From a bacterium (GTDB taxonomy: Bacteria; RBG-13-61-14; DATKZS01): a DNA stretch of 64,000 bases. The position numbers and the translations under genes were made by a program. Positions 49,142 through 59,814 of the stretch are shown here, piece after piece (position 1 is the first letter of the stretch; every line of letters begins with the position of its first letter). The notes under the pieces are model-generated. The model was not told where the DNA came from, made no database searches, and was given only the letters and a program-made list of their open reading frames with translations. The stretch is from NCBI GenBank assembly GCA_963674965.2, contig CAXXFL010000007.1, positions 480,001 to 544,000 on the forward strand. The letters run 5' to 3'.

Positions 49142-51250
49142 TTACGCGGTCAGGGCCCTGGCCAACTCTTGGGGATCGTGGACCGGGGAGGAGCACTCAC
49201 CGCCCTTGCAGGCGTAGGCCGCCGCCTTGCCGCCGATGCCCTTCATGTGCCTTACAAAATCCGCCAGCCGGATCACGGCGTCCGCTTTTTCCTCGTCCGC
49301 CAGGACCACGGTGCGGGAAGGGTTGAAGCCTTTCCTGGCCTCGGCGATCATGTCCGCCACTTTCCCGTCGGCGTGGGACCCGGTCACCACGACCTCCGTG
49401 GTCGGGCCGAGCCCGTAGTCAAGGGCGCTCATCATCATCGAGTAAGCCATGGGCGCGTTCGAGACGGCCCCTCTAAAGGCCGAGAAAATCCTCCCGGCTT
49501 TTTCCTCGAGGTCCGGGGCGCCCGTCATCCTGCCCAGCCGGAGGAGGTTAAGGGCCGCGACCGAGTTGCCCGAGGGGATGGCCCCGTCGTAGGCGTCCTT
49601 ATGCCGGGCCAGGGCCTCGCCCGCCGGTTCCCTCGAGAGAAAGAAACCTCCCGCCTCTTTGTCCTCGAAGCCCGCGATCACGCGCCGGGTAAGGTCGAGG
49701 GCCGCCTCCAGCCACCTGGGCGAAAAGGTCGCCTGGTAAAGCTCGATAAGACCCCAGCTCAAAAAGGCGTAGTCGTCCAGGAAGCCGGGAATGGCCGCTT
49801 CGCCCTCGCGATAGCGGTGCAATAGACCGCCGTCACTGGAGCGCGTCGTATCCAGAAGAAAGTCCGCCGCCCGGGCCGCGGCCGCCGAGTAGGTTTCATC
49901 GTTCAGGGCCACCGCGGCCTTGGCCAGGGCGGCTATCATAAGGCCGTTCCAGTCGGTAAGGATTTTGTCGTCCTTATGGGGACGGGGCCTTTTTGACCTT
50001 TTAGCCAGGAGTTTTCGCCTGGCCTCTTCCATCTTTATCTTCAAGTCCTCGAGGGGAGTTCCCAGGTCCGGGGCCAACTCGGAAAGCGGCTTTTTAAGGT
50101 GGAGGATATTGGCTCCCGAGCCGGCCCCGGTTGTCTCGTCCTTGAAGTTGCCCGCCTCGGAGACGTTCCAAATCCGGGCCATCAACTTCGCGTCTTCCTC
50201 GCCCAGGATTTCTTCCATCTCACGCGTGGTCCAGACGTAAAACTTTCCCTCTTCGCCCTCGCTGTCGGCGTCCTCGGCGGAATGGAAGGCCCCCTCCGGC
50301 GAGGTCATGTCCCGCGAGACGTACTCGAGGACCTCCCGCGTGACCTGGGCGTATTCCTCCTTGCCCGTAAGCTGGAAGGCCTCGGCATAGGCCATGGCCA
50401 GCATGGCCTGGTCGTAGAGCATCTTCTCGAAATGGGGCACGAGCCACTCGCGGTCGGTCGAGTAGCGATGGAAGCCGAAGCCCAGGTGGTCGTACACGCC
50501 GCCCAGTCGCATGGCCTGGAGGGTCGCCTCGGCCATGGACAAGGCCCCCCGGCCTCCGGTCCTTTTATGGTAACGCAGGAGGAACGTCAGGTTGTGCGGA
50601 CTGGGGAACTTGGGCGCCATTCCGAAACCCGCGAAGACGTTGTCAAAAGCCCTGGTCAGTTGGGACTCGGCCCCGTGGAGTGACGCGAGGCCGAGCTCGG
50701 GACCGGACGCCGCCCTGGAGCCTTCTTTCATGGCCTCGAGGAGATTTTTCGTAAGCGGTTCGATCTTGTGCTTTTCCTCTTTCCAGGCCCTGGCCACGCG
50801 GGGCACGAGCTCGATCATGCCGATCCTTCCAAAGCGGGAGCGCTTGGGGAAATAGGTCCCCCCGAAAAAGGGCTTCTTGTCGGGAGTCATGATTATGGTA
50901 AGGGGCCAGCCGCCCTGGCCGCTGAGCAGTTGGCAAGCCTCCATGTACACGGCGTCCAGGTCGGGCCTTTCCTCGCGGTCCACTTTAATGGGAACGAAGG
51001 AATCGTTAATAAGGGCCGCCACCTCAGGGTCCTCGAAGGATTCCCGCTCCATCACGTGGCACCAGTGACAGGTTGAGTAGCCGATGGAAAGAAAGACGGG
51101 CTTGTCCAGTTCCCGCGCCATCTTGAAGGCTTCCTCTCCCCAGGGCATCCAGTTCACGGGGTTGTAAGCGTGCTGAAGAAGATATGGACTCTTCTCGCCC
51201 ATAAGGCGGTTGGCCCTTTTCCCGTCATTGCCATTTTCCGGTCCGCTCAT
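49142..51250 (-). CDS. Thioredoxin-domain protein, YyaL/DUF255 family
   Basis: [19 protein letters not shown] and PHFEKMLYD motifs. Confidence 0.93.
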   Translation of the reverse strand: MSGPENGNDGKRANRLMGEKSPYLLQHAYNPVNWMPWGEEAFKMARELDKPVFLSIGYSTCHWCHVMERESFEDPEVAALINDSFVPIKVDREERPDLDAVYMEACQLLSGQGGWPLTIIMTPDKKPFFGGTYFPKRSRFGRIGMIELVPRVARAWKEEKHKIEPLTKNLLEAMKEGSRAASGPELGLASLHGAESQLTRAFDNVFAGFGMAPKFPSPHNLTFLLRYHKRTGGRGALSMAEATLQAMRLGGVYDHLGFGFHRYSTDREWLVPHFEKMLYDQAMLAMAYAEAFQLTGKEEYAQVTREVLEYVSRDMTSPEGAFHSAEDADSEGEEGKFYVWTTREMEEILGEEDAKLMARIWNVSEAGNFKDETTGAGSGANILHLKKPLSELAPDLGTPLEDLKIKMEEARRKLLAKRSKRPRPHKDDKILTDWNGLMIAALAKAAVALNDETYSAAAARAADFLLDTTRSSDGGLLHRYREGEAAIPGFLDDYAFLSWGLIELYQATFSPRWLEAALDLTRRVIAGFEDKEAGGFFLSREPAGEALARHKDAYDGAIPSGNSVAALNLLRLGRMTGAPDLEEKAGRIFSAFRGAVSNAPMAYSMMMSALDYGLGPTTEVVVTGSHADGKVADMIAEARKGFNPSRTVVLADEEKADAVIRLADFVRHMKGIGGKAAAYACKGGECSSPVHDPQELARALTA

Positions 51251-51363
51251 GGTTTCCCCCTTAAAGGAGATGTAATCACGTTTCCGCGAATGGCAACTTT
51301 CAGGAGCGGAAAACTTGCAATCGGACGGCCAAGCTCTAAGTGACGTAAGTTCCATGGCCCGCG

Positions 51364-52212
51364 TTACGCGAATGACTCCATGAATTTTTTCAGCGCCTCG
51401 AGGTCAACGGGCTTGTTCACGAGCGGTCCCTTTTTCAGCGCGGGGAAATGGTCGGCGAAGGTCGGTTTCTCCCGCTTAAAGATAACCCCTATTGGTATCT
51501 CGTCGCCCCATTGGCGGGCGAGGCGCATGGCTTTTTCCCAGTCCGCCGGGTCGTGGTCCTTGATCTCGACGCACCTTTCCTGGTAGAAGCGCCAGGTATT
51601 TATCCGGTTGAAGGTCACGCAGGGCTGGAGCACGTCGAGGAGGGCGAAGCCGCGGTGGGTCACGGCCCGTACCATGAGGTCGGCCAGGCTTTCCTGGTTT
51701 CCCGCGAAGCCCCTGGCCACGAAGGACGCCTCCATGGCCACGGCGACGGCCAGGGGGTTGAAGGGGCTCGAGGTGGCTCCCAGCGGCTGGGCCTTGGTCA
51801 CGAATCCCTCGGGCGAGGTGGGACTGGCCTGTCCCTTGGTCAGGCCGTAGACCTGGTTGTCGTGGACGATGAGCGTTATATCCGGGTTGCGCCGGATGGC
51901 GGCAAGGAAATGGTTCCCCCCCTCCCCGTAACTGCACCCGTCTCCGCTCTCGGCTATCACGGTAAGGGCCGGGTTGGCGGCCTTGGCCGCCGCGGCCGCG
52001 GGAAGAGACCGCCCGTGCAGCCCGTTAAAGAAGTTGCAGTCAAGGTAATGGGGCGTCTTGGCGGCCTGCCCGATGCCGGAGACCAAAAGCACGTCCCTCG
52101 CCGCCAGGTCCATGCGAGCCAGGGCGCTCTTAAGCGCGGCGAGGATGGAGTGGTTCCCGCAACCGGGACACCAGGCGGTCTCGTATTGGCCGTAATCTCG
52201 AGTCTCAGGCAT
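51364..52212 (-). CDS. 2-oxoacid:ferredoxin oxidoreductase beta subunit
   Basis: [22 protein letters not shown] and QPCVTFN motifs. Confidence 0.93.
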   Translation of the reverse strand: MPETRDYGQYETAWCPGCGNHSILAALKSALARMDLAARDVLLVSGIGQAAKTPHYLDCNFFNGLHGRSLPAAAAAKAANPALTVIAESGDGCSYGEGGNHFLAAIRRNPDITLIVHDNQVYGLTKGQASPTSPEGFVTKAQPLGATSSPFNPLAVAVAMEASFVARGFAGNQESLADLMVRAVTHRGFALLDVLQPCVTFNRINTWRFYQERCVEIKDHDPADWEKAMRLARQWGDEIPIGVIFKREKPTFADHFPALKKGPLVNKPVDLEALKKFMESFA

Positions 52213-52220
52213 AAGTCCCC

Positions 52221-53900
52221 CTAACCCAGTTCCCGAAGAACGTACTCGGGAGTGATCGGATAACCGTCGTACCTTAAGATAAAGTCCTTGATTTCGACGC
52301 CCGTCTCCCTCCTTAGAAGCCGAGCGAACTGGGCCGTCGCGTTTCCCTCGAGGGCCACTATTCTCCGGGCCTTGCCCATGGCCGAGATTATTTCATCCTT
52401 TCGCAAGGGCCATACTTGCGAGAAGTGCATAACGGCCGCGCTCACGCCCTTATCTCGCGCCATGCTTGCCGCCTCGATCGCGCTTCCCAGGGTTGATCCC
52501 CAGCAGACGAGGAGAAGGTCCGCGTCCGGCGGGCCATGGTAGTCGGGGCCTATGGCCTCTCCCAGCATGCCCTCGCCCTTCTTAAGGCGTTTATCCGCCA
52601 TTTGTCTCCTGACTTCCGGGTCCTCGCTGATGTGTCCGAACTCGTCGTGCTCGTCGCTGTCCGCGCCGACCAGGGCGTCGCTCATTCCGGGAAGCAGGCG
52701 GGGCGAGGCGCCCGACTCGGTGAGGGCGTAGCTTTTATAAGGAGAGGAGTCCGCCCGGTTCCCCATGCCAACGCTGATGGGAGGACAACGGTCCAGGTCG
52801 AAGGGCAAGACGGCGCGGAAGGAATCGGCCAGGAACTGGTCGGTCAGAATTATAACGGGTCCTCTGAATTTTTCGGCCGTCTGGAAGGCGGCGCGGGTGA
52901 GATGGAAACACTGCTCGACCGTGCCCGGCGCGTACACGGCGCGGGGGAACTCCCCGTGTCCGGCGTGAAGCGCGAACTCGAGGTCGGCCTGCTCGGTACT
53001 GGCGGGCAGTCCGGTGGCGGGTCCCGGCCGCTGGGAGATGGCGATCACCGCCGGTATCTCGGCCATGGCCGCCAGGCTTACTCCCTCCGTCATGAGGGCG
53101 AAGCCTCCGCCCGAGGTCCCGACCATGGCGGGCGCTCCCGTAAAGGACGCTCCCAGGGCCATATTAATGGCGGCTATCTCGTCCTCGGCCTGCTCGACGA
53201 CGACGTCCATGGTCTTCATGGCCGAGGCCAGGGTCAGCCCGATCGAGGTGGCCGGGGTCATGGGATAAAAGGAGTAGAACTTAAGCCCGGAGCTCAAGGC
53301 CCCCAGGGCGATGGCCTGGTTTCCGTTTAAAAGGAGTCGTTTTTCTTTCACCTCGGGGGCGGGAAGCTTTTTTCCCTCGAGGCCCGCGGCCGAGGCGGCC
53401 CATTTAAAGGCTTTGCCGATGGCCTCGGCGTTGCCGTCGGCGGCCTCGGGAGCCTTGGCAAAGCGGTCCCTCGCCGCCCGGGTCAGGATTTCCCGGCCGA
53501 GTCCGATAGCCGCGGCGAGGACCGCGAGGGCGGCAACGTTGCGGTATCTTGCCTCGGCCAGTTCCTGGAGGGGGATTTTGACGATCCGGTCCGACTCGGC
53601 GTTTGTTTTTTCGTCGACCAGGATGAGGCCGTTGTCTTTGAGGGCGGGGCCGTCAATAGCCGCGGTCTCTTCGTTCATGGCGAGTATGAGGTCGAACTTC
53701 TCGCGGGGGGCCAGTATCCGTCCCGTTCCGGTCCTTACGTCGTAAGTGTTGTGGCCTCCCCTTATCCGGGACTGGTAGTCCCGGGTCACGACCACTTCGC
53801 TGCCTTGCCTCACGAGCGCCCTGGCAAGGATTTCTCCCATGGCGTCGAGACCCTGGCCGGCCTCGCCGCCGACGCGCAGGTTGATACTCTTGTCCGTCAT
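52221..53900 (-). CDS. 2-oxoacid:acceptor oxidoreductase alpha subunit (gamma-alpha fusion)
   Basis: GGEAGQG, SRIRGGHN, YPMTPAT, QAEDEIA and RPGPATG motifs. Confidence 0.94.
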   Translation of the reverse strand: MTDKSINLRVGGEAGQGLDAMGEILARALVRQGSEVVVTRDYQSRIRGGHNTYDVRTGTGRILAPREKFDLILAMNEETAAIDGPALKDNGLILVDEKTNAESDRIVKIPLQELAEARYRNVAALAVLAAAIGLGREILTRAARDRFAKAPEAADGNAEAIGKAFKWAASAAGLEGKKLPAPEVKEKRLLLNGNQAIALGALSSGLKFYSFYPMTPATSIGLTLASAMKTMDVVVEQAEDEIAAINMALGASFTGAPAMVGTSGGGFALMTEGVSLAAMAEIPAVIAISQRPGPATGLPASTEQADLEFALHAGHGEFPRAVYAPGTVEQCFHLTRAAFQTAEKFRGPVIILTDQFLADSFRAVLPFDLDRCPPISVGMGNRADSSPYKSYALTESGASPRLLPGMSDALVGADSDEHDEFGHISEDPEVRRQMADKRLKKGEGMLGEAIGPDYHGPPDADLLLVCWGSTLGSAIEAASMARDKGVSAAVMHFSQVWPLRKDEIISAMGKARRIVALEGNATAQFARLLRRETGVEIKDFILRYDGYPITPEYVLRELG

Positions 53901-53918
53901 GACGCTCCTCTAAAATCG

Positions 53919-54449
53919 TTACGCCCCGTCCAGCCTTCCTCCCTCTTTCTCCCTGAACCATCCGTCGGGGTCGGTCAGGTAGAACTTGACGTCGTTAAGG
54001 GCCGCGTGATGGGATTTTTCCTCGGCGATCATTTTTTTGAGAAAGGCCTTCTCGATCTCATCGATGGCCTTATCGAGATGTTCCTTGTAAAATTTTATGG
54101 ACGCCATCTCGAACTCGATGCCCATGTCCAGGGCCTCGACGTCCTCGGTCCGGCAGGAGACCTCTTTTCCCTTCTCGATGGCCATGGCGTGGAAGGCCTG
54201 GCCCAGGTCGGGCCCGGCCGTTTTTTCCTCCCAGTCCGAGCACCAGGTCTCGCCGCTCGAGAGTTCGTCGAAAATCTGGTTAATACGCTCGATATGGATC
54301 GTCTCGTCCTTGGCCAGCATTTCGAAAACCTGTTTCACCTGCGGGCTCGAGCAGGACTTGGCGGACTTCTCGTAAAAGTCCCTTCCCTTCTCCTCCATCT
54401 CGAGCGCGGTGGACAGCATGTCACACGCTCTTTCGCTTTCAACGGTCAT
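53919..54449 (-). CDS. Ferritin-like (rubrerythrin diiron domain) protein
   Basis: EEKGRDFY, DETIH and EEKSH motifs. Confidence 0.88.
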   Translation of the reverse strand: MTVESERACDMLSTALEMEEKGRDFYEKSAKSCSSPQVKQVFEMLAKDETIHIERINQIFDELSSGETWCSDWEEKTAGPDLGQAFHAMAIEKGKEVSCRTEDVEALDMGIEFEMASIKFYKEHLDKAIDEIEKAFLKKMIAEEKSHHAALNDVKFYLTDPDGWFREKEGGRLDGA

Positions 54450-54475
54450 GTCGCCTTCCTTCCTTTGTTAAATTT

Positions 54476-55264
54476 TCAGTCTTCATGGTCGTGGTCATGA
54501 TCGTGGTCATGGTCATGGTCGTGGTCGTGATCATGAGCCGGTACCATGTTCTCGAGGAATTCCTTGGGCACGTCCTTGCCGATGGTCATGAGGATGGCGT
54601 AGGCCAGGTCCAACTCGTCCACCGGTCCCACCAGCGCCATCTGCTCGTTGATTACCGTGTGCGGCACTCCGTGCACGTCGTATTTCTGCACGATAAAGGG
54701 GAATTCCTGGCTCTCGATCATGTCCGCCTGGATGTAATCGTTGGCCATGGCGAAACGATGGGCGGTCCTTACCGCCTTGGGGCAGAGAGGGCAAGTGGGG
54801 GCTATCACCACCTCGATATCCACCGGCTGGTCGATCTTGTCCAGTTCCGCCATAACTTCCTCGCTTAGCCCGTGATGGCCGGTACCCACCATGACCACGT
54901 CCTCGATCAGGGAGGTGAACTCGTATCCGGCGGGCACGCCGAAATAACGGACGCCGTAATCCTCGTTCTCCCCGAGGATGATGGTGGCGGGTATCTTGTC
55001 CACGCCGAACTCGATGGCCGCGTCGGAAAGCTCGGGCTCGTCCGCCACCTTGAGCTTGTCGTCCTCGGCCCGGGGAGCCAGGAAGTCCTTGACCTCGAGG
55101 TCGATATTGTCGGACAGGGCCGCAACCTCCTCGAGCATTTCCCTCGTCACCTTGCAGTGCTGGCATTCCATTTCCTGGGTGAACATGAGAATCTTCACCC
55201 GCTTGGAAAGGGAGCCGAATAGCTGTTTTAGCTGTTCCTTTTGCTTGTCTTTCAGGACCGTCAT
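54476..55264 (-). CDS. Protein disulfide oxidoreductase (AhpF-N-like, two thioredoxin folds) with a His-Asp tail
   Basis: CQHC and CPLC sites; G.PAGYEFTSL; C-terminal (HD)n run. Confidence 0.9.
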   Translation of the reverse strand: MTVLKDKQKEQLKQLFGSLSKRVKILMFTQEMECQHCKVTREMLEEVAALSDNIDLEVKDFLAPRAEDDKLKVADEPELSDAAIEFGVDKIPATIILGENEDYGVRYFGVPAGYEFTSLIEDVVMVGTGHHGLSEEVMAELDKIDQPVDIEVVIAPTCPLCPKAVRTAHRFAMANDYIQADMIESQEFPFIVQKYDVHGVPHTVINEQMALVGPVDELDLAYAILMTIGKDVPKEFLENMVPAHDHDHDHDHDHDHDHDHED

Positions 55265-55273
55265 TTTTTCACC

Positions 55274-56263
55274 TCAAATCCAGTTTTTTTGCATCAGATA
55301 CTCGTAAGCTGAGAGGGCGGCCTTGGCCCCCTCCCCGGCGGATATGACAATCTGCTTGTAGGGAACGGTGGTCACGTCGCCCGCGGCGAAAAGTCCCTCG
55401 ACGCTGGTCCGGCAGGCGCAGTCAACGATGACCTCGCCGGCGGCGTTCAGGGCCGCCAGGTCCGCCGCCAACTCGGAGTTGGATAAAAGCCCTATCTCCA
55501 CGAAGACGCCGTCCGCGGCCATGACCTTTTCCTCGCCGCTCAGGCGGTCATGGACCTTCACTCCCGTGACCCTTTGCTTGCCCTCGATGGCGAGGACCTC
55601 GTGGTTTTCCAGCAGCCGGGCCTTGCCCAGGGACTTGACCTTTTCCACCAGGGCCTCGTCCGCCTGCCACCCTTCCCCGTAGTTGACGAGGAATACCTCG
55701 GCGTTGACCTTTAAAAGATCGAGCGCCGTGGTAAAGGCCGAGTTGCCGCCGCCCGCCACCAGGGCCTTCTTGTCCCGGAACAGGGGAGCGTCGCAGGTGG
55801 CGCAATAGGCCACGCCCTTGCCCGAGAGCTCTTTTTCGCCGGGCACGTTCAGGTGGCGGTGCCGCTTGCCGGTGCTGAGTATGATCGTCCGGGCCTGGTA
55901 AATCTTATTATCGTCGGTCCGGACCACGAACCGGCCGCCGTCTTTCTCGACCTTTTTCGCCGCCGGTCCCAGGCCGATGGGGATATCGAAGCTCTTGGCG
56001 TGTTCCTCGAAGCGCGAGACCAGGTCCTTGGCGTTAACGCTCTGGTACCCGAGCCAGTTCTCGACTTCCGAGGTCTCGAGCATCTGGCCGCCGAAGTCCT
56101 TGGTCAGGATGGCCAGCTCGAGGGTCTTTCTGGCCGCGTACACGGCGGCGCTCATCGAGGCCGGGCCGCCGCCCAGTATGATGAGGTCGTAGAGTTTTTC
56201 CGGCTCAGGCTTCCTGGCCGATTTAAAGGCGGCCATGTCCAGTTCGAACCCGGGAAATTCCAT
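55274..56263 (-). CDS. Thioredoxin reductase / AhpF C-terminal-like flavoprotein
   Basis: GGGPA, YCATCD, GGGNSA and FAAGDVT..YKQ; start set at MEFPG after a GGAG RBS. Confidence 0.92.
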   Translation of the reverse strand: MEFPGFELDMAAFKSARKPEPEKLYDLIILGGGPASMSAAVYAARKTLELAILTKDFGGQMLETSEVENWLGYQSVNAKDLVSRFEEHAKSFDIPIGLGPAAKKVEKDGGRFVVRTDDNKIYQARTIILSTGKRHRHLNVPGEKELSGKGVAYCATCDAPLFRDKKALVAGGGNSAFTTALDLLKVNAEVFLVNYGEGWQADEALVEKVKSLGKARLLENHEVLAIEGKQRVTGVKVHDRLSGEEKVMAADGVFVEIGLLSNSELAADLAALNAAGEVIVDCACRTSVEGLFAAGDVTTVPYKQIVISAGEGAKAALSAYEYLMQKNWI

Positions 56264-56285
56264 GCGCGATCGACTCCTTACCGGA

Positions 56286-56633
56286 TCAGAAGGTGTAAAC
56301 GGAGTAGCCTTCTTCCTCGAAGGCGGCGATGGAGGGATGGCCGGACATCTCGTCGCGAAACTCGACGCCCTGGGCCTCGAGTCCCTCCAGTGCCCCCGTC
56401 TTGACCGAGCAGGCCTTGCAGGCGCAGCATATAAGGCCCGCGTCCCTGACCTTCTTATAGATGGGAGCAAAGGGTTTGGTCTCGTCCTCCCCCAGCTCCT
56501 TGGCCAATTTCGTGGCCAGGCCCTCCAGGACCACCACGGCCTCGTGGCCCCTCTCCTTCATGTCCAGGGCGTTCAGAAGAACGTGGACGAAACACATGGG
56601 CTCGCCGTTGAAGGCGAACAAAGCGGCTTTCAT
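56286..56633 (-). CDS. DsrE-like small protein
   Basis: GEPMCFVHVLLNALD, CKACS and MSGHPS motifs. Confidence 0.75.
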   Translation of the reverse strand: MKAALFAFNGEPMCFVHVLLNALDMKERGHEAVVVLEGLATKLAKELGEDETKPFAPIYKKVRDAGLICCACKACSVKTGALEGLEAQGVEFRDEMSGHPSIAAFEEEGYSVYTF

Positions 56634-56675
56634 GACTTCCCCCTTCACGCGGACGGACGCGGCCGTTTTACAGGA

Positions 56676-57209
56676 TCAGGCCTTGGTGGCGTTAATCACT
56701 ATCTTGAGGTCGATGGGAAGGTTCATCACCCTGGCGCCCATCTCCCGGTCGAGCATGAACATGCCGCCCTTGTTGTCCACCAGCTTGAGGTTCTGGACCG
56801 CCGTATTGGCCGAGTCCTCCTCCTCCACCTGCTCCTTAACGAACCACTGGAGGAAGTTGTTGGTCGCGTGGTCCTTTTCCTGGATGGCCAGGTTGACGAG
56901 GTCGTTGATAAGTCCCGTCACCTTGGCCTCGTGGGCGGCGACCGCCTCGAACGCGGCCAGGGGTGAGTCCCACTGGGTGGGCGGCTGGCCTATGGCCCCG
57001 AGCTTGACGCGGCCTCCCCTCTCCTCGACGAAGTTGTAAAACTTCATGGCGTGGTACATCTCCTCGAGGGCCTGGATTTTCATCCAGTTCTCGAACCCGG
57101 CCAGGCCCAGGCTCGCCAGGTAGGCCCCCATGGAAAGATATAAGTAGGACGAGTACATCTCGGCGTTGATCTGATCGTTCAGCGCCTTTTCCATTTTTTC
57201 ACCGATCAT
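56676..57209 (-). CDS. ftnA: Non-heme ferritin
   Basis: [18 protein letters not shown] and [12 protein letters not shown] motifs. Confidence 0.95.
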   Translation of the reverse strand: MIGEKMEKALNDQINAEMYSSYLYLSMGAYLASLGLAGFENWMKIQALEEMYHAMKFYNFVEERGGRVKLGAIGQPPTQWDSPLAAFEAVAAHEAKVTGLINDLVNLAIQEKDHATNNFLQWFVKEQVEEEDSANTAVQNLKLVDNKGGMFMLDREMGARVMNLPIDLKIVINATKA

Positions 57210-57286
57210 GGCTTTCTCCGTTCCGGGCGCCGGCCTCGCCGCCCCGACTATTATCGGGGCGGCCGGCGGCTGTTAGCTGAATTGCT

Positions 57287-57664
57287 TTACGAGCTTTTCC
57301 ACAATCCGTGGAGGTTGCAGTACTCGAGGGCCGTGACCTTCGAGGCCTTGGTCACGAACTCGAACTCGGGCTTTTGTCCCGGCTCGAGGAAGGCGCTCAT
57401 GCACACTCCGTCGGCCATGAGCTGAATCCACTCGATGTAATGTTTTTCCTCCATGGGGTGGGGAACGTCACCCACCTTGACCTTGAATCCGTCGGCCGTT
57501 TTCTCGAGCACGGGCACGTGCTTTTCCACCGCCGCGTCCACGGTGTTGGCCTTCTTAAGCTCCATGGGCTGGCCGCAGCACACCAACTCGCCGCCTCCGG
57601 CGTGGACCACGATTACCATATTGCCGCACACGTTGCACTTGTAAACCTGCATTCTCTCGGTCAT
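57287..57664 (-). CDS. dfx: Desulfoferrodoxin (superoxide reductase)
   Basis: CNVCGN..CCG, EKHVP, HPM..HYIEWI and CNLHGLW motifs. Confidence 0.96.
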   Translation of the reverse strand: MTERMQVYKCNVCGNMVIVVHAGGGELVCCGQPMELKKANTVDAAVEKHVPVLEKTADGFKVKVGDVPHPMEEKHYIEWIQLMADGVCMSAFLEPGQKPEFEFVTKASKVTALEYCNLHGLWKSS

Positions 57665-57740
57665 GATTTTTCCTCCTAGCGTTAAGGGTTGCGGTCACGA
57701 GCGCCCGCCCGGCCCTCATGGGCCTCGCCGGGCGCGAAAA

Positions 57741-58238
57741 CTAGTCGAATTGAAAAAAGGCTTCCTTTTTGGCGCCGCAGACGGGGCAGGCGTCGGGGGC
57801 GTTCCCGTCCTCGATGTAGCCGCAAACTTTACAGATGAAGTAGGTGGTCTCCCTTTCCTCCATCAGATGGTTCATGGCCTCCTTATATATCTTGGCGTGG
57901 AAGTCCTCCACGTCCCTGGACTGGCTGAAAATATTGGCCGACAACTCGTCGCCCGCCTCGTTGGCCAGCTTGATGAAGTTGTCATAGGCCACCTCGGCCA
58001 CTTTCTTCTCGCTCTCGAAGCTTTCCTGGAGGTTTTCCTCGGTGCTCTTTATCTCGCGAAGGGCCCGAAGGCCACGCTCCCCATGTATCTCCTCCGAGCG
58101 GGAAATGGCGCGGAAAAGCTTGGCCATCTGAGGATAACCGTCATCCTCGGCCCGCCTGGCGAAAAGCTTCAGACGGAGCGCCGCCTTGGCCTCGCCCACG
58201 TAAGCCTGATAAAAAGCGTCCTTTACCTTGTCGTCCAT
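57741..58238 (-). CDS. Rubrerythrin-like protein
   Basis: GEAKA, EEIH, EDFH; C-terminal CKVCG..CPVCG. Confidence 0.9.
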   Translation of the reverse strand: MDDKVKDAFYQAYVGEAKAALRLKLFARRAEDDGYPQMAKLFRAISRSEEIHGERGLRALREIKSTEENLQESFESEKKVAEVAYDNFIKLANEAGDELSANIFSQSRDVEDFHAKIYKEAMNHLMEERETTYFICKVCGYIEDGNAPDACPVCGAKKEAFFQFD

Positions 58239-58365
58239 GTCAGATGATCTCCAGTCGAAGTTCTATTTCCCCTTGCCCGGCGGCCGCCGGAGCGGCGCGA
58301 TCCTTAGCCGACCACGCCTATATTCATACTTGCCGGCGGCCGTTTTTGCAAGGGAAAAATTTGGG

Positions 58366-58941
58366 CTACCAGTTCTCTCCCAGTATCTCGAAATGGGCCT
58401 GGGGATGCTTGCAGGCCGGGCACTCGTTGGGGGCCTCGGTCCCCTCGTGCAGGTAACCGCAGTTGCGGCAACGCCAGGTAACGGGCTTGTCCCGCTTGAA
58501 TACGCGGCCGTTCTCGATGTTGGCGGCCAGGTCCTTGTAGCGCTTCATGTGCTGTTTCTCGGCCACGGAGACCTTCTCGAAGCAGGTGGCGATCTCGTCG
58601 AACCCCTCCTCGCGGGCCACCTTGGCGAACTCGGGATACATGACCGTCCACTCGTGCTCCTCGCCGGCGGCCGCCGCCTTGAGGTTGGCCAGGGTGTCGC
58701 CGACCACGCCGGCCGGGAAAGCCGCGTTGACCTCCACGTCTCCCCCCTCGAGGAACTTGAAAAAGCGCTTGGCGTGTTCTTTTTCCTGGTCGGCCGTCTC
58801 CGCGAAAATGTCCGATATCTGCACGTAGCCGTCCTTTCTGGCCTTCGAGGCGAAATAGGTGTAACGGTTCCTGGCCTGGGACTCGCCCGCGAAAGCGGTG
58901 ATCAGGTTCTTCTCGGTTTTGCTTCCTTTCAATTGCGGCAT
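58366..58941 (-). CDS. rbr: Rubrerythrin
   Basis: AFAGESQARNRY, EKEHA and WRCRNCGY..CPAC.HP motifs. Confidence 0.96.
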   Translation of the reverse strand: MPQLKGSKTEKNLITAFAGESQARNRYTYFASKARKDGYVQISDIFAETADQEKEHAKRFFKFLEGGDVEVNAAFPAGVVGDTLANLKAAAAGEEHEWTVMYPEFAKVAREEGFDEIATCFEKVSVAEKQHMKRYKDLAANIENGRVFKRDKPVTWRCRNCGYLHEGTEAPNECPACKHPQAHFEILGENW

Positions 58942-59042
58942 TTTTTTTCCTCCCTTTTCAAATTATGATTTTTTCTCGCCTTATGGGCGAGCGATTACTT
59001 TCTATTCATTTTCGCGGGGAATTGCCCGCGACCCCTTGCCTA

Positions 59043-59438
59043 TCATTTGCCTTGACATTCCGGGCAGATACCGGAAAACTCAAGCTGGTGATCGATGATT
59101 TTATAGCCGCTCGTCTCCCCGGCGGTCCTTTCCACCGCTTCCATGGGATCGAGTTTCAAGTCCTCCACTTTTCCGCATCTCGTACATTTTACGTGGTAAT
59201 GCCGCGAAAGACGGCCGTCGTAGCGGCGCTTGCTCTCGGGAAGCTCGAGTCGCCTTATAACGCCGTTCTCGGATAGCGTTTCGAGATTTCTGTATACGGT
59301 ACCGAGACTTATATTGGGCAGCCTCTTTCTTACCGACTCGTAGACCTCATAAGCCGTGGGATGATTACGCGAGGTCCTGACGTCCTCGAGGATGATTTTT
59401 CGTTGCCGGGTCATTCTTATTTTTTCTGGTTCTGACAT
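59043..59438 (-). CDS. Fur-family repressor, PerR-like
   Basis: HPTA, SLGTVYRNL, HYHVKCTRCG and CPEC; heads the oxidative-stress cluster. Confidence 0.92.
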   Translation of the reverse strand: MSEPEKIRMTRQRKIILEDVRTSRNHPTAYEVYESVRKRLPNISLGTVYRNLETLSENGVIRRLELPESKRRYDGRLSRHYHVKCTRCGKVEDLKLDPMEAVERTAGETSGYKIIDHQLEFSGICPECQGK

Positions 59439-59450
59439 AATTTAATTTTC

Positions 59451-59496
59451 AGTAATAATTACTATTATTAATTAATTACTATTTCCCGGTTGTCAA
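59451..59496 (-). promoter_or_regulatory. perR promoter region with PerR/Fur-type operator(s)
   Basis: AGTAAT-A-ATTACT palindrome (59451-59463), a second ATTACTAT half-site, and TTGACA on the minus strand at 59491-59496. Confidence 0.65.
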
Positions 59497-59814
59497 GACA
59501 TATTAGGTTATTTTTTTGTCAGCAATGACGCGTCTAATCAAATTTATCCTTTATATCAGCTATTTAAACTTTATTATCCCCTGGCGGACAAGTCCTTTTT
59601 CAATTAGCGGAGAAAAGATTACCATTTTTGCTTAGCATAGATTTTTCGCTAAAAGCCATGATCACGATATCTTTAGAGCCGATCCGCGGCGCAAAGTTAC
59701 GACTTTCGAAAAAATTCTTTTTTTTCGTTCCTCTCATTTTTTCAGAGAACTTGACACCGGCCAAATGATGTCTCTTAATAATATGAACCTAAAAAACTCG
59801 ATAAGGGGGAAGTA

